Shown: in pieces, positions 47,601 to 57,913 of the stretch
Position numbering within the stretch: position 1 is the first letter of the stretch
Layout: each line of letters opens with the position of its first letter
Assembly: GCA_010405405.1 (NCBI GenBank)
Contig: MU004247.1
Location: 186,001-250,000 of the forward strand
DNA length: 64,000 bases
From: Microthyrium microscopicum
Lineage: Eukaryota
Reading direction: 5' to 3'
Notes under the pieces: model-generated
What the model was told of the DNA's origin: nothing
What the model saw: the letters and a program-made list of their open reading frames with translations, nothing else
Databases searched by the model: none
Translations under genes and position numbers: made by a program

Positions 47601-48424
47601 ATAGCCGCACCCTCCCCACAGACCACCACGCCCGCTCCCGCAACAGCCTTCAACCTCTCAGTGACCGCGGCTCCTGGGCCACGCATCGCCGACGCTCCAA
47701 AGCCTGGAGCGGCAGCCGCTCGCCCAGCCACCATCATTCCCTCCTTGCGAACAGTCCACGCACATCAGGCCGCGAATCCGCGTTCGGTCCCTCCGCAGAC
47801 CAACTCGCCAATCTCGACGCTGCCATAGCCAGCGCGAACGATCCCCCCGAATCATCCGACTCCAATACACCCTTCCGGCCCTCCGCCCCCGACCCAGAAG
47901 CTCACGACGTAAATGAAGCCTTACAACCCCAAACCACCCGCGACCGCACCAATTTCCGCACTGTCGCCCTCGACGCCCGCACAGCCGCCACGGATATCAC
48001 CAACAACCTTCTTCGGCCTCTCGCGGCGCCCATAGCAATCATCGCGCCCGACGCTAAAATTGCTGACCAGCAAGCCCAGCGCCTCGAAGCCGAGGCCAAC
48101 GAAATCTACGGCGGCATACCCGATGATTTGGAAAACCTCACACCCGAACAGCGAGACGTGCTATTAAGCCGCGCATTCCGACACAAGGCGTTGCGAGCAA
48201 AGCGCCCGTGTATCTGGATACCACGAGATGTACTTGGTGTGGCAGACGATGAGGTGCGGAATACGGGGTTGTTTACGGGGTGGATTTGGATCAGTGATGA
48301 GAAGCAAGTTTTGACTACTGGGAAGGAGAAAGTGGGGAAGAAGAAGAAAGTGGGCAAAGGAGGCAAATGTGTTTACAAAGGGGCGCCGCCGGATTTCGAT
48401 GAGGTTGAGTTGATTCAGCTTTAA
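44606..48424 (+). CDS. OSCA/CSC1/TMEM63 (DUF221, RSN1/PHM7 family) calcium-permeable stress-gated channel
   Basis: CGLDAYFLSRYL, RYWAHCILA, ATTVLVRGLP, SAFIQFNNQAAAH, APNDVIWENM, YSVISPLIL, DTSGLLFP and CIWIPRDVLGV motifs; multiple TM helices; intron 44761-44811. Confidence 0.93.
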
Positions 48425-49485
48425 AGATGGCTGTGTATGAAGAGAGATATGGGGATAGGGACGATTTGATGATTGTTTATTTTTAGCGGGAAGTCTTCAA
48501 GTACTTGCATAGCATGATGCATGGCGGCGCGTTTGTTTGGTTTGAATTGGTAGATACCCCTTGTTGTGGTGGAGTGGAATTGTATATAGTAATGATTATG
48601 TCTAAAGTACAATTGGACTCTGAACAACCATTTTCCCATCACAACTTTCATGACATCGAGACTTCTTGATGTAGAGATGTTCCAGTCTGATAATTTGTTC
48701 CCCTGCCCGTCAAACATTCTCTTTGAACATATCTTGTACAGGATACTGCAGTCTTTGGCCCTCCGTGTAGCTTTTCCACATATCATCTTCAATGGTTTGA
48801 ATCGCCAGTTGCCAGCTAACAGGCTGACAATTCAAAATTTCAAGTGAGATGAGTTAGTACTGTTGGAAGTGCACATGACTATTAACTAATCAAAAAAAAA
48901 CTACAACCGTATACAAACATTCAGGGGATTGGTTTCATGAAAAGCTAAGATGTTTATTGGTTTTCATCTCGCACTCGCTTTTGTCTTGACCTAATACTAA
49001 AGCTTCTACTTCTCAGCTATAACACTGTAAGTGAATATTTAAGCCTTGTGCATTATGATTGGGCCAATTGCATGTGAACAGTATAGGGTAATATAAACTT
49101 ATGAGCTGCAATATAGTAGACCAGTTTTGTGGATCATTGAATGATATGCACTCTAGCTTGTTCATATCCATGGATTTACTTCTAATGTCTAGTGATGTCT
49201 AAAAGATGGGCCGTGAAAGATGTCTCGTGTGAAGAACGAGTTGTTCGACTTTTCAATCTGAGAGCTTTCGAAAGGCCGTGAGATGTATTGATACATGAAG
49301 TCTGTCTTTACCTCGCGATAGTACATCACTCGGCGCACAACTTCGCCGTTAAGCCTTTTCCTGAGAAGAAGATCAAAGGGATACTCATCAGCATCAAGGC
49401 AAGTTGAAATGATCAGCCAAAACGCCAAATACGGCACTAACAGTTCATAGGTATCCAACTAAGATTCCAGAGCACCATCGCAACC

Positions 49486-51558
49486 ATGCGCTCCACAGTC
49501 CTCCTCTACGCCCTCCTCCCCATTCTCTGCCTCGCCATCGGCCCCCCGATAACCGTCACTGGCACCTCGCAACCCGACGCGATCTACAAATCTCCCTACA
49601 TCGATGTCGACGAACAACGCACCAAGCCCCACGTCCACCGGTACATCCACGGCGGTTTCAACGGCACCGAACATCGTTTCTCCTTCTACTTCCCACCCGC
49701 CTCCATCTATGAGAACCGCTTCTTCCAAGGCCTTCCCGCCGTTCCTGGAAACGAAAACGCCATGCTTGAACCAACAAGACTAGGCGGTGTAATTGATGAT
49801 ATCATGCCCTTTGCGTTTGAAAGCGGTGGGTATGTTGTCGAATCAAATCAGGGGAGTAAGACGATGTTGGGGATGGGGAATCCTGCAAAAGCGAATGCTG
49901 CTGCTGCGATTTTGTCACGCGAAGTGGCGCGACAAGTTTATGGGAAGGAGGGGAGGGTTTATGGATATGTGTTTGGGGGCAGTGGAGGTGGGTATAAGAC
50001 TATAAGCGCCGTGGAAATTACCGACGCATTTGATGGTGCGGTGCCGTTCATCATTGGTAGTCCGGCGTCTATTCCGAATGTGTTTAGCGTGCAGGGCCAT
50101 GCGATGAGATTGCTTGATGGGAAGTTTGATGAGATTGTGGACGCGATTGAGCCGGGTGGTAGTGGGGATATGTATGCTGGTTTGAACCAGGAGCAAAAGG
50201 ATGCGTTGCTGGAGGTTACTCGTATGGGGTTTCCGCCGCATGCGTGGTTTCGACAGAAGAAGATTGCGACTGGGTATACGGGTGTTTTTGCGAGTTTGCT
50301 GGATATTGTGAGGATGGTGGATCCGACTTATTTCACGGACTATTGGACGAAGCCGGGGTATTTGGGATATGAGATGCCGGAATCCTTGAGAAAAGCGAGA
50401 TTCAATGCGACCACGCGGATCAAGAAGGTCATCATGACGAAGGAGGCCATGGATCGTGGGTTGCCGGTTTCATTGTCTGGAGCACGAGGTAGTGGGAAAG
50501 AGGAAAGTCCGGCGGCGTTTGTGCTGGAGAATGTGCCGAATCATAAGCTGCAGGGCGCCACGTTGAAGTTTTTGTCTGGTTCAGGGAAAGATGGCGAAGT
50601 GTATATTTCAGGCCTAGTGGAGAAGGATATCGTGACTTTCGGCTTTGGAGTCCTAGGAGAAGGCAAGATTCGCTCTGTGAAGGAGGGCGATAGCATCCAG
50701 CTTGACAACTCAGTCTATCTAGCCGCATTGACCTATCATCGCCATCAAGATCCAGGCCCACTCTATACCGTCTGGAACCAATTCAAGAACGAAGACGGCA
50801 GTTACAAGTACCCCCAACGCAAAGTCGAGATGAGTAAACTGCCCCTATCAGGCAGTGGATCCGTACAATCCGGAAAGTTCAACGCCAAGATGATCGTCAT
50901 TGAAGCTGGATACGACGAGGCTGCATATCCATGGCAAGCGGATTGGTACCGAACAGCAGTGCTGATGAATCAAGGAGAAAAGGCTGATGAGCACTTTCGC
51001 CTTTGGGTAGTTGATAAAGCTATGCATACTAGCCCAGATCAGCCAAAGAAGAACGATCCAAAGCCAGCAGAGAACACCAGAATTGTCTCGTACACACCAG
51101 TCATTCAACAAGCACTGCGAGATTTGGTGCTGTGGGTTGAGAAGGGCGTGACTCCACCACCAAACAGCAACTATACCGTCAATGATGGACAGGTGCTTCT
51201 CCCAGCAACAGCAGCTGAGCGTCTGAGTGTCCAGCCGGTGGTAAACCTCAAGGTCAACGGAAAAGACCGCGCAGATGTGGCAGTAGGACAACCCGTCGAA
51301 TTCATCGGCACCGTCGAAGTCCCACCGCCAACAGGTACGATCACAACCACGAAATTCGATTTCGAAGGCGATGGTACATTCCCCGTGACAGTCGCTTTCG
51401 AGAAGACAGGATATTATACTGCGCAGGTGAAAACGACGTACAAGTTTGCAAAGGCGGGGACATATTTCCCAGCCTTGATGGGGATAGCTCAGCGAAATAC
51501 AACGTCGCAGTTTGGAAAGGTTGCGAATTTGGGGAGGGTGAGGATTGTAGTTAAGTGA
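49486..51558 (+). CDS. Secreted bacterial-type alpha/beta hydrolase (tannase/feruloyl-esterase-like) with C-terminal PKD-like domain
   Basis: Intronless 690-aa ORF with a signal peptide and the nucleophile elbow YVFGGSGGGYKT. It has candidate Asp (GYDEAAYPW) and His (KAMH) residues, and a C-terminal beta-rich VGQPVEF...FDFEGDGTF...AKAGTYFPAL segment. Confidence 0.75.
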   Translation: MRSTVLLYALLPILCLAIGPPITVTGTSQPDAIYKSPYIDVDEQRTKPHVHRYIHGGFNGTEHRFSFYFPPASIYENRFFQGLPAVPGNENAMLEPTRLGGVIDDIMPFAFESGGYVVESNQGSKTMLGMGNPAKANAAAAILSREVARQVYGKEGRVYGYVFGGSGGGYKTISAVEITDAFDGAVPFIIGSPASIPNVFSVQGHAMRLLDGKFDEIVDAIEPGGSGDMYAGLNQEQKDALLEVTRMGFPPHAWFRQKKIATGYTGVFASLLDIVRMVDPTYFTDYWTKPGYLGYEMPESLRKARFNATTRIKKVIMTKEAMDRGLPVSLSGARGSGKEESPAAFVLENVPNHKLQGATLKFLSGSGKDGEVYISGLVEKDIVTFGFGVLGEGKIRSVKEGDSIQLDNSVYLAALTYHRHQDPGPLYTVWNQFKNEDGSYKYPQRKVEMSKLPLSGSGSVQSGKFNAKMIVIEAGYDEAAYPWQADWYRTAVLMNQGEKADEHFRLWVVDKAMHTSPDQPKKNDPKPAENTRIVSYTPVIQQALRDLVLWVEKGVTPPPNSNYTVNDGQVLLPATAAERLSVQPVVNLKVNGKDRADVAVGQPVEFIGTVEVPPPTGTITTTKFDFEGDGTFPVTVAFEKTGYYTAQVKTTYKFAKAGTYFPALMGIAQRNTTSQFGKVANLGRVRIVVK

Positions 51559-52003
51559 AGCTAACGACGGCGCGACAGCGTTAAAGTATGATAGGTATTT
51601 TTCGAGAATGGAACCCAAACAAAACGATATATGAGCTGATCTACCTAGTGACTGAAGAGTTTATTAGCGATTTTCGTGAACGGACGTCGTGATGTTGGAT
51701 CATATAATACTTTCCCAACAGAATTCTGAGTGCTTCGCCAACCCCTTGACCAGGTTCAGTCAGTTTCTCAAAGTTCTTAAATGCTACAGTCTAGCAAAGC
51801 ATTTCTCCATAGCTTCATTCGATATCCTATGTCGTCTATTAGAGTATACAAGAAGTAGTATGGTGACAAGTATGTTCATGAGAAATTGAGTCTATCGTGC
51901 TAACGCATATCCACCCATTCCGAAATATGCTGGAAATAAATAAATCGTCAATTCAAAAGTAAAAGTGGAGGTGGTATTCGCATGGCCGCAGCATTCGAGA
52001 TAA

Positions 52004-53363
52004 TCAGTCCACATGGACTGTAGAATGCTTCCTCTCCGCCTCCTCACCAGCTTCAGAGCTAGCATCCGTCCATGCACGATCTTCACCCAGCTCTTCCACC
52101 TGCGCTGCTATGACTTCTGTTCTTGCAGCCGCCCGCGAAGCCTCTTGCGCTCGCTTAAAGAAGTCATCTGTTCGGATGCCTCGTAGATCGCGATGGTTGA
52201 TACCTTTTCTTATAGCGCCGTTCTTGGGGAGTTTCTTGATGAACTCGCGCATTGGTAGCATGGCTGCGTCGCGACATGCTTCTTTGATATCAGAACCTGA
52301 TAGGCCGGCGCTGACTTTGACGAGGTAGTCTACGTCGAAGTTGTCGCGATCGACTTTTGTGTCTTTGAGGACGAGCTTGAAGATTCCGCGACGTTGAGCT
52401 GCATTTGGTAGTGGGACTGGGAACTTTTTGGGCATTCGGCGCAGGATGGCTTCGTCAATGTCTTGGATGCGGTTGGTGGCGCCGAGGATACATATGCGCT
52501 GTGGGCGGCCGGTTGAGCTTGATGAGACGAGACCGTCCCAATGTGTCATGAATCTATAGAATATTAGATTGAATGTAGTATTGAGGAGACAGTTTCACAT
52601 ACTCAGCTTTCACCATGGCGCTGGCCTCGTGTTCACCACTTCTCCGCGTGCCTAAAACAGCATCGATTTCGTCAATGAAGACAATCGTAGGCTCCAGTTT
52701 TCGGGCCAGCGAGAACACGGCTCTTACGAGTTTGTTGGAGTCGCCGTACCACTTTTCTGTGAGAGTTGAGATGTGAAGATTGATGAAGCAAGCTCCAGAT
52801 TCATGAGCCAAAGCCTTGGCCAACATAGTCTTGCCACATCCAGGAGGACCATAGAGCAAGACACCAGATGGCGCAGAAAGTAGCGATGATGCTCCAGCAT
52901 ACATGGACTCTATGGTCAAAGGATATATAACCGACTCCTTGAGCTCTTCTATTATGTCTTCTAGCCCTCCTATATCTTCAAAGGTGACCGGAATGTCTTT
53001 GGCAGCCACTAGCTCTGTGGCGATTGTCTGCTCGTAGGTTGTGAGTTGGATGTCCTCGGCTTTAGGCCTTGACTGGCCATAGGGATACTCTTCATCCTCG
53101 GTATCGGTGTCTTCTGCTTCTCGTCGGCTTCCGATTATGCTTTGTATACGTTTTCGCGCTGTGGCGGCGAGGGCTTTGTCTGATTGTTGTTTTCCTTCGG
53201 GGTCACTTAGATGTGAGAGGAGTTGACGGATAAGGAAGAAGGATACGATAGTCTGCAGGTGTTGTTAGAAAGTAGCAAAGAGAAGGGATGAAAGGTTACA
53301 TACGGGAGCTGTCCAGAGAAATACATCTTGGAGAAACTCCCACTTTCGAGAGCCACTTGGCAT
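52004..53363 (-). CDS. MSP1: Mitochondrial outer membrane AAA+ dislocase Msp1/ATAD1
   Basis: N-terminal TM; VTFEDIGGLEDIIEELKESVIYPL, GPPGCGKT, TEKWYGDSNKLV, IFIDEID, EHEASAMVKAEFMTHWDGL, ATNRIQDIDEAILRRMPK; introns 53253-53303 and 52554-52602. Confidence 0.95.
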
Positions 53364-53760
53364 GAGGAAAAGGCGTCGGTCGGCAGCCTCAGGTAGTTGC
53401 GTCTGCAGGTGGATGGAATGAAGGTGCGCGACCTGGACGACGTGGCAAGTATAGCGCGTGTTGGAAGGGCTGAGTTCTAAGAGGAGGGAGTTATATGGTC
53501 ATTAAAGACGATGGAAAAAGTAGCGAAAGATCAGATGTCAAGGCGAGGTCGAGGTTATGCTCGGAAGGTTTGTGTCTGAAGAGCGCGCCTGCCAGCGTGG
53601 TCGTACCGATGACCACTCCAGGCAAGCGACTCCCTAATTGGGGCGGCAATTTTACTGGGGGAGCACCACCACAGCATCCTTGCATCTTCAACAACTTAAT
53701 CCATCCTTATGTAAGCAATATATCCAACTTCACTCAACAATTCACAACAACAGCAATGAA

Positions 53761-54453
53761 ATGTCGCTGCTTCGTATCCGCCTACCACGGCCCTCCGTGC
53801 TAAATCCAACGACCTACAGCACCGCCTCCATTGTCCCCATCACACGCACGATCCGCCATGCCTCCAACACCTCCAGCCACCGCAAAGTGACCGTCCTAAA
53901 CGACGATGGCCGCGTCCAATGGACCGCCCTCAGCGCCCGCGAAAAAGCAGCCCGCACAACCCAGCAAACCGTCAATCTAGCAGTCATAACAGTAGGCATG
54001 CTCTTAACCGGCGCAGTCGCATACTTGCTCTTCTCAGATGTCTTTTCACCGAATAGCAAAACAAGCAATTTCAACCGCGCAGTCAACAGGGTCAAAAAAT
54101 CAAGTCGGTGTATACAGCTGCTAGGCCCTGCAGACTCCATCATGGCTTATGGGGAGAGCCCGTGGGGTTCGTTTGCGCGGGCGAGGATGGCTGGGCCGGC
54201 GCCGTCGAGTAAAGTTGGGAAAGATGAGAAGACTGGCGTGAGTACGCTGAATATGCGCTTTTTGGTCAAGGGGAGTAGGGCAGAGGGCTGGGTGACGTTG
54301 CAGATGGAGAAGGGACCCGAAGACTTGGAGTTTGAGTATGTGCTGCTGGCTCTTGATGTGCATGGGCATAATCGGGTGTATCTTGAAGGCACGAATGGTG
54401 GGTTGTCACGGAAGAAGTCACAAGGGAAAATATTGGGTCTGAAGCTTTGGTGA
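53761..54453 (+). CDS. TIM21: Mitochondrial import inner membrane translocase subunit Tim21
   Basis: Arg-rich presequence-like N-terminus, VTVLNDDGRVQW..LS..EKAARTTQQTVN, one TM helix, FSPNSKT..FNRAV.RVK, MRFLVKG, FEYVLLALDV.GH.RVYLE. Confidence 0.88.
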   Translation: MSLLRIRLPRPSVLNPTTYSTASIVPITRTIRHASNTSSHRKVTVLNDDGRVQWTALSAREKAARTTQQTVNLAVITVGMLLTGAVAYLLFSDVFSPNSKTSNFNRAVNRVKKSSRCIQLLGPADSIMAYGESPWGSFARARMAGPAPSSKVGKDEKTGVSTLNMRFLVKGSRAEGWVTLQMEKGPEDLEFEYVLLALDVHGHNRVYLEGTNGGLSRKKSQGKILGLKLW

Positions 54454-54609
54454 AGGAAAATGCTTTATATTGTTCATGTAATATTAATATCAAAGGCAAA
54501 AGTATAAATCATAAACTTAACTTACTAAAATTAAGGCAGTCTTGCAGGACCAAGGTGAAGCACCAAAGGTCAGATCGCGAGATGATAAATGCGATGCAAA
54601 TGCTGCCGG

Positions 54610-54735
54610 AACTTACAACGAAAACTTACCAAAATCACGAATGCAAAAACTTACGAGATGCAGAAGTCACGAATGCAAAAACTTACAAATGTAGAAATCA
54701 CGAAACCAAAAACTTACGCAATGCAGAAAGTCCAA
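54610..54735. repeat. Degenerate ~31-bp tandem repeat (AAAACTTAC...ATGCAGAA.TCACGAA)
   Basis: AACTTAC at 54610, 54623, 54648, 54680 and 54711 in the convergent intergenic region. Confidence 0.75.
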
Positions 54736-54767
54736 AACACCAAAACAGTTGATGCAAACCAAGGAGT

Positions 54768-55976
54768 TTAACATCCTGCGTTTTGGCCTGTCCTTGCCAC
54801 AAAGGCCCGGTCCATGTAGTCTGCTGCCTCATTCAAGCCTTCTGGGCAGAGCTCCGCAGGATCCATGGCCGTAATGTCTTTGCAAAGGGCCTGAGCCCAG
54901 TTGACTTGAGAGAGTTTTCGTGGCTCCATACCCCCCTGTGCCTTGCCTCCTCTCTGACGGATGGTAATGTGGAGTTTGGCGAAAGCGCGTTCCACTGCCA
55001 GTTCGACATGCTTGATGTCCCAGCCCGAAGTCGCAACTTTCCACGCGCCGTAGCTCAACTTGCGAGCGAGGCTGTTGATTTCGGCCTGGGTGGTATTACC
55101 CCTCGAAGCACGCGACCTTGCCGGTTGTGGAAGGGCCGGACGTGAAGTGGTGGGTGGAGTTGGGAGAGCCACCGGGGCGAAGGTGATGTTGGAGACCGGC
55201 ATCGATGGCGCGGCCAGGAGGGTGTTGTTGTTCAATGGCGCTGTGTCCTGCGCCATGGAGCAGTTGTTATTTGACGCTGTGTCCTGCGCCGGGAAGAAGT
55301 TGTTGTTGACCGGCATCATTTGCACGGTCGGGAAGGTGTTGTTAAACGATGCTGTGTCCTGCATCGAGAAGAAGCTGTTAAACGACGCTCTGTCCTGCGC
55401 CGATAGGGAAGCGTCCTTGGCCTGCAATTGCTCGGCCTCAACGATGCGGCTGTTCCGCACTAGCCCGGCCAGGTGTGTGGGCAAGGGCAACGTCTCCTCA
55501 TTCGGGAAGAACGGTTCAGCCTGGACGATCCGCGACCGCGCACGACGTTTCTGCTCACGTCGATTGATCTCTGGTGCTGCCTTTTTTGGCAGCCGTGAGG
55601 TCTGCTCTTCCCGAGCCAAGTGGTCTGCGATTGGCGCCAATAGGGCCGCGAGCGCAGCCTCATGGCGCGACCTAGACTCCGCCGTGGCGGTGAGGTCCCG
55701 AGGATCAATGAACTCGGGAAGGCCAGTCACTGTCTCGTCCTCCTCAGACTGGTTGAGGAGTGAGTTTGGGTCGAAGGGACTTTCCTCGACGGTGGCAGAT
55801 TCCTGTCCAGATTGGACAGAAGAAGAAGGTCCTGAGATGGGCATATGATGTGACCCAGCGCTCATACCCCAGATGTCACCAGGATTTTCCGAATCGAAGG
55901 CATCTGGAATATCCGCATAATTTGGATCCAGATACTCAAGGTAGCTGGATCCGTATTCTGCTGCTGAATGATCCAT
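54768..55976 (-). CDS. Hypothetical protein with internal 12-13-aa repeats
   Basis: ~402-aa ORF from ATG 55976; repeats AQDRASFNSFFS/MQDTASFNNTFP/AQDTASNNNCSM/AQDTAPLNNNTL; upstream TATAAA at ~56298-56303 on the minus strand. Confidence 0.7.
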   Translation of the reverse strand: MDHSAAEYGSSYLEYLDPNYADIPDAFDSENPGDIWGMSAGSHHMPISGPSSSVQSGQESATVEESPFDPNSLLNQSEEDETVTGLPEFIDPRDLTATAESRSRHEAALAALLAPIADHLAREEQTSRLPKKAAPEINRREQKRRARSRIVQAEPFFPNEETLPLPTHLAGLVRNSRIVEAEQLQAKDASLSAQDRASFNSFFSMQDTASFNNTFPTVQMMPVNNNFFPAQDTASNNNCSMAQDTAPLNNNTLLAAPSMPVSNITFAPVALPTPPTTSRPALPQPARSRASRGNTTQAEINSLARKLSYGAWKVATSGWDIKHVELAVERAFAKLHITIRQRGGKAQGGMEPRKLSQVNWAQALCKDITAMDPAELCPEGLNEAADYMDRAFVARTGQNAGC

Positions 55977-56426
55977 TTTTGGCAAGTCCTTGTTGCTGCT
56001 TTGGGTAAGTGAAGTGTGTTAGGTGGTGTCAAGTGAGAACACCAAAGAGGGCAGGTGAAAGGTGAAGTAAGTAAGTATTTGGAGTACGAAGGTACTCAAA
56101 GGGGGAAGCTGTGAAAGGGGAAAGGTAAGTGAAAGTAAGTGGCTTATTGAAGATGCACTACTTGAAAAGGGGATCAGAAGAAAGTGTGAGTTTCTGTGTC
56201 TGAAAAGCTGTGGTAAATGTAGCTAGAAAGGTAAGTATCTGGGCTGGGGAAATCTGGAGAAAGAAAGAAAGACAAAAAGAACGATCGAAAGGGATACTTT
56301 ATAGGCAGGAGTTTGCCTGCCATCAACACGTACCAGACTATCAGAGGCATCAGTCTCTACCACCGCAAGAACATAGCTGACTATGCGCTGCGTATTGCCG
56401 TGTACAGTACCGTCTGTTGAGAGCAC

Positions 56427-56717
56427 GAAAAGAGTTTAGCGCGACTTGAAACTGTTGATGGCAGAGCGTTTTTGCGGACGGAGCTGCGCTATCGTGATGA
56501 TCTGGTACCTGAAGGGGCATGAAAAGAGTTTAGCGCGACTCGAAACTGTTGATGGCGGTGGTTTTTTGCGGACGGAATTGCGCTATCGTGATCAGCTCTG
56601 GTATCTGATTGGGGAATACACCTCAGACGCTCCCATGGTTCAGCAATTTCCAAGCAAGGTTACCAGAAGAACATTTACTGATGGCAGATGCGGCCTGAAA
56701 AGAGTTTAGCGCAACTC
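56427..56717. repeat. ~90-bp direct repeat (two full copies and one partial)
   Basis: GAAAAGAGTTTAGCGCGACT.GAAACTGTTGATGGC...TTTTGCGGACGGA..TGCGCTATCGTGAT..TCTGGTA.CTGA at 56427-56512 and 56521-56608; partial copy at ~56697-56717. Confidence 0.9.
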
Positions 56718-57913
56718 ATGATTGTGAACATGATCGCAACTATTGATGACTCGCAAGTGTTGATGTGACCAGTTTCAAGATTCCTTATAACCACGGGGTA
56801 TCCTCGGTGGCCATGCGATGTTTGAATGATTCTTAGTCTTCAAGGCAGCATTGTGAGATTTCACAATTGGATACACGCCCAGGAACGCCATGGGGGAAGC
56901 AGATAGCAATATGAGAACGATTTTATTGAATCTGAATAGACCATAACACCAAGAACTCGCAGTGATTTCGCCTGCTGTTGAATATGAAGCTGTAGCGACA
57001 TGCTCCTCTTGTTTCCCAAAGGGGGCTGCCTAAGCTAGATGCCATTATCCGATGGTACGCCGTGATGATCTCTGAAACTCAAGCGTTCCGTACCCAGTGA
57101 GGTCAATCCTTGTGGATCGAATGCCCAGCAAAAAGTTGAGAGTTTACTTCTTGATAATTCGAGCATGACCATGGGCTTCAGAGAATCTGCCCAAGATATC
57201 ATTGAGCACAAAGACAATAGAACACCCACTACGCTGCTATCAACTAGCATGCTCAGAGACTACTTCATCTTGCCAGGGTAATAGCAGGTAATCGAAGGTA
57301 CACCCATCTCCTTCGGTTCGTGGGGCTAGTATGGACAATGCAATGGCCAGGAAACCATTGTGAACAAGAGTGGTCGTTCCGTGGTAGAAACATTGAAGCT
57401 TGAATTTAGCGTACCCGACAATTCAAAGAGTACCAGTCGTCCGTTCGCTCTTCTTGTCGCAGACGTCGTGAGTCGATCAACTCCATCCCTTGAAGAGAGC
57501 AGTAGCTGAATAACCCAGACTCAATTACGATCACAATAGCGATTCCTGAGTTGGATCAGATTGCAGTGCTGACTTTGACGTGCGAGAAAGTTGCTGTTTG
57601 GCGATTTATTTTCCAGTTCTTTGGACCCAATGAAACTCCCTCCGGACAGTTGTGAAGAGCTTTGCTCGGTTACGACTTTTTGACGAGGTCGACTAAGCAG
57701 GAAGGGTCCCCTGAAATTCTTGGTGAAGACTGCAAATGTGCTTCGGTCGCGACAGATCTCCGCGGAGGAGCTAGTCCGGATGTCAACGAAACCAATAGCA
57801 GATTCTACTACACGTCAGAGTCAAGTCCAAGGCGTAATACGCAGAAAGACAAAAATCGGTAATTCTCGAGATGCTTAATACAATACAGGCGCAACCATAC
57901 TTTGTCAAAGCGC

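Noticed and set aside
57035..57520. Short minus-strand ORF fragments downstream of the HAUS3-like gene
   Set aside because: No coherent exon chain or recognisable domain.
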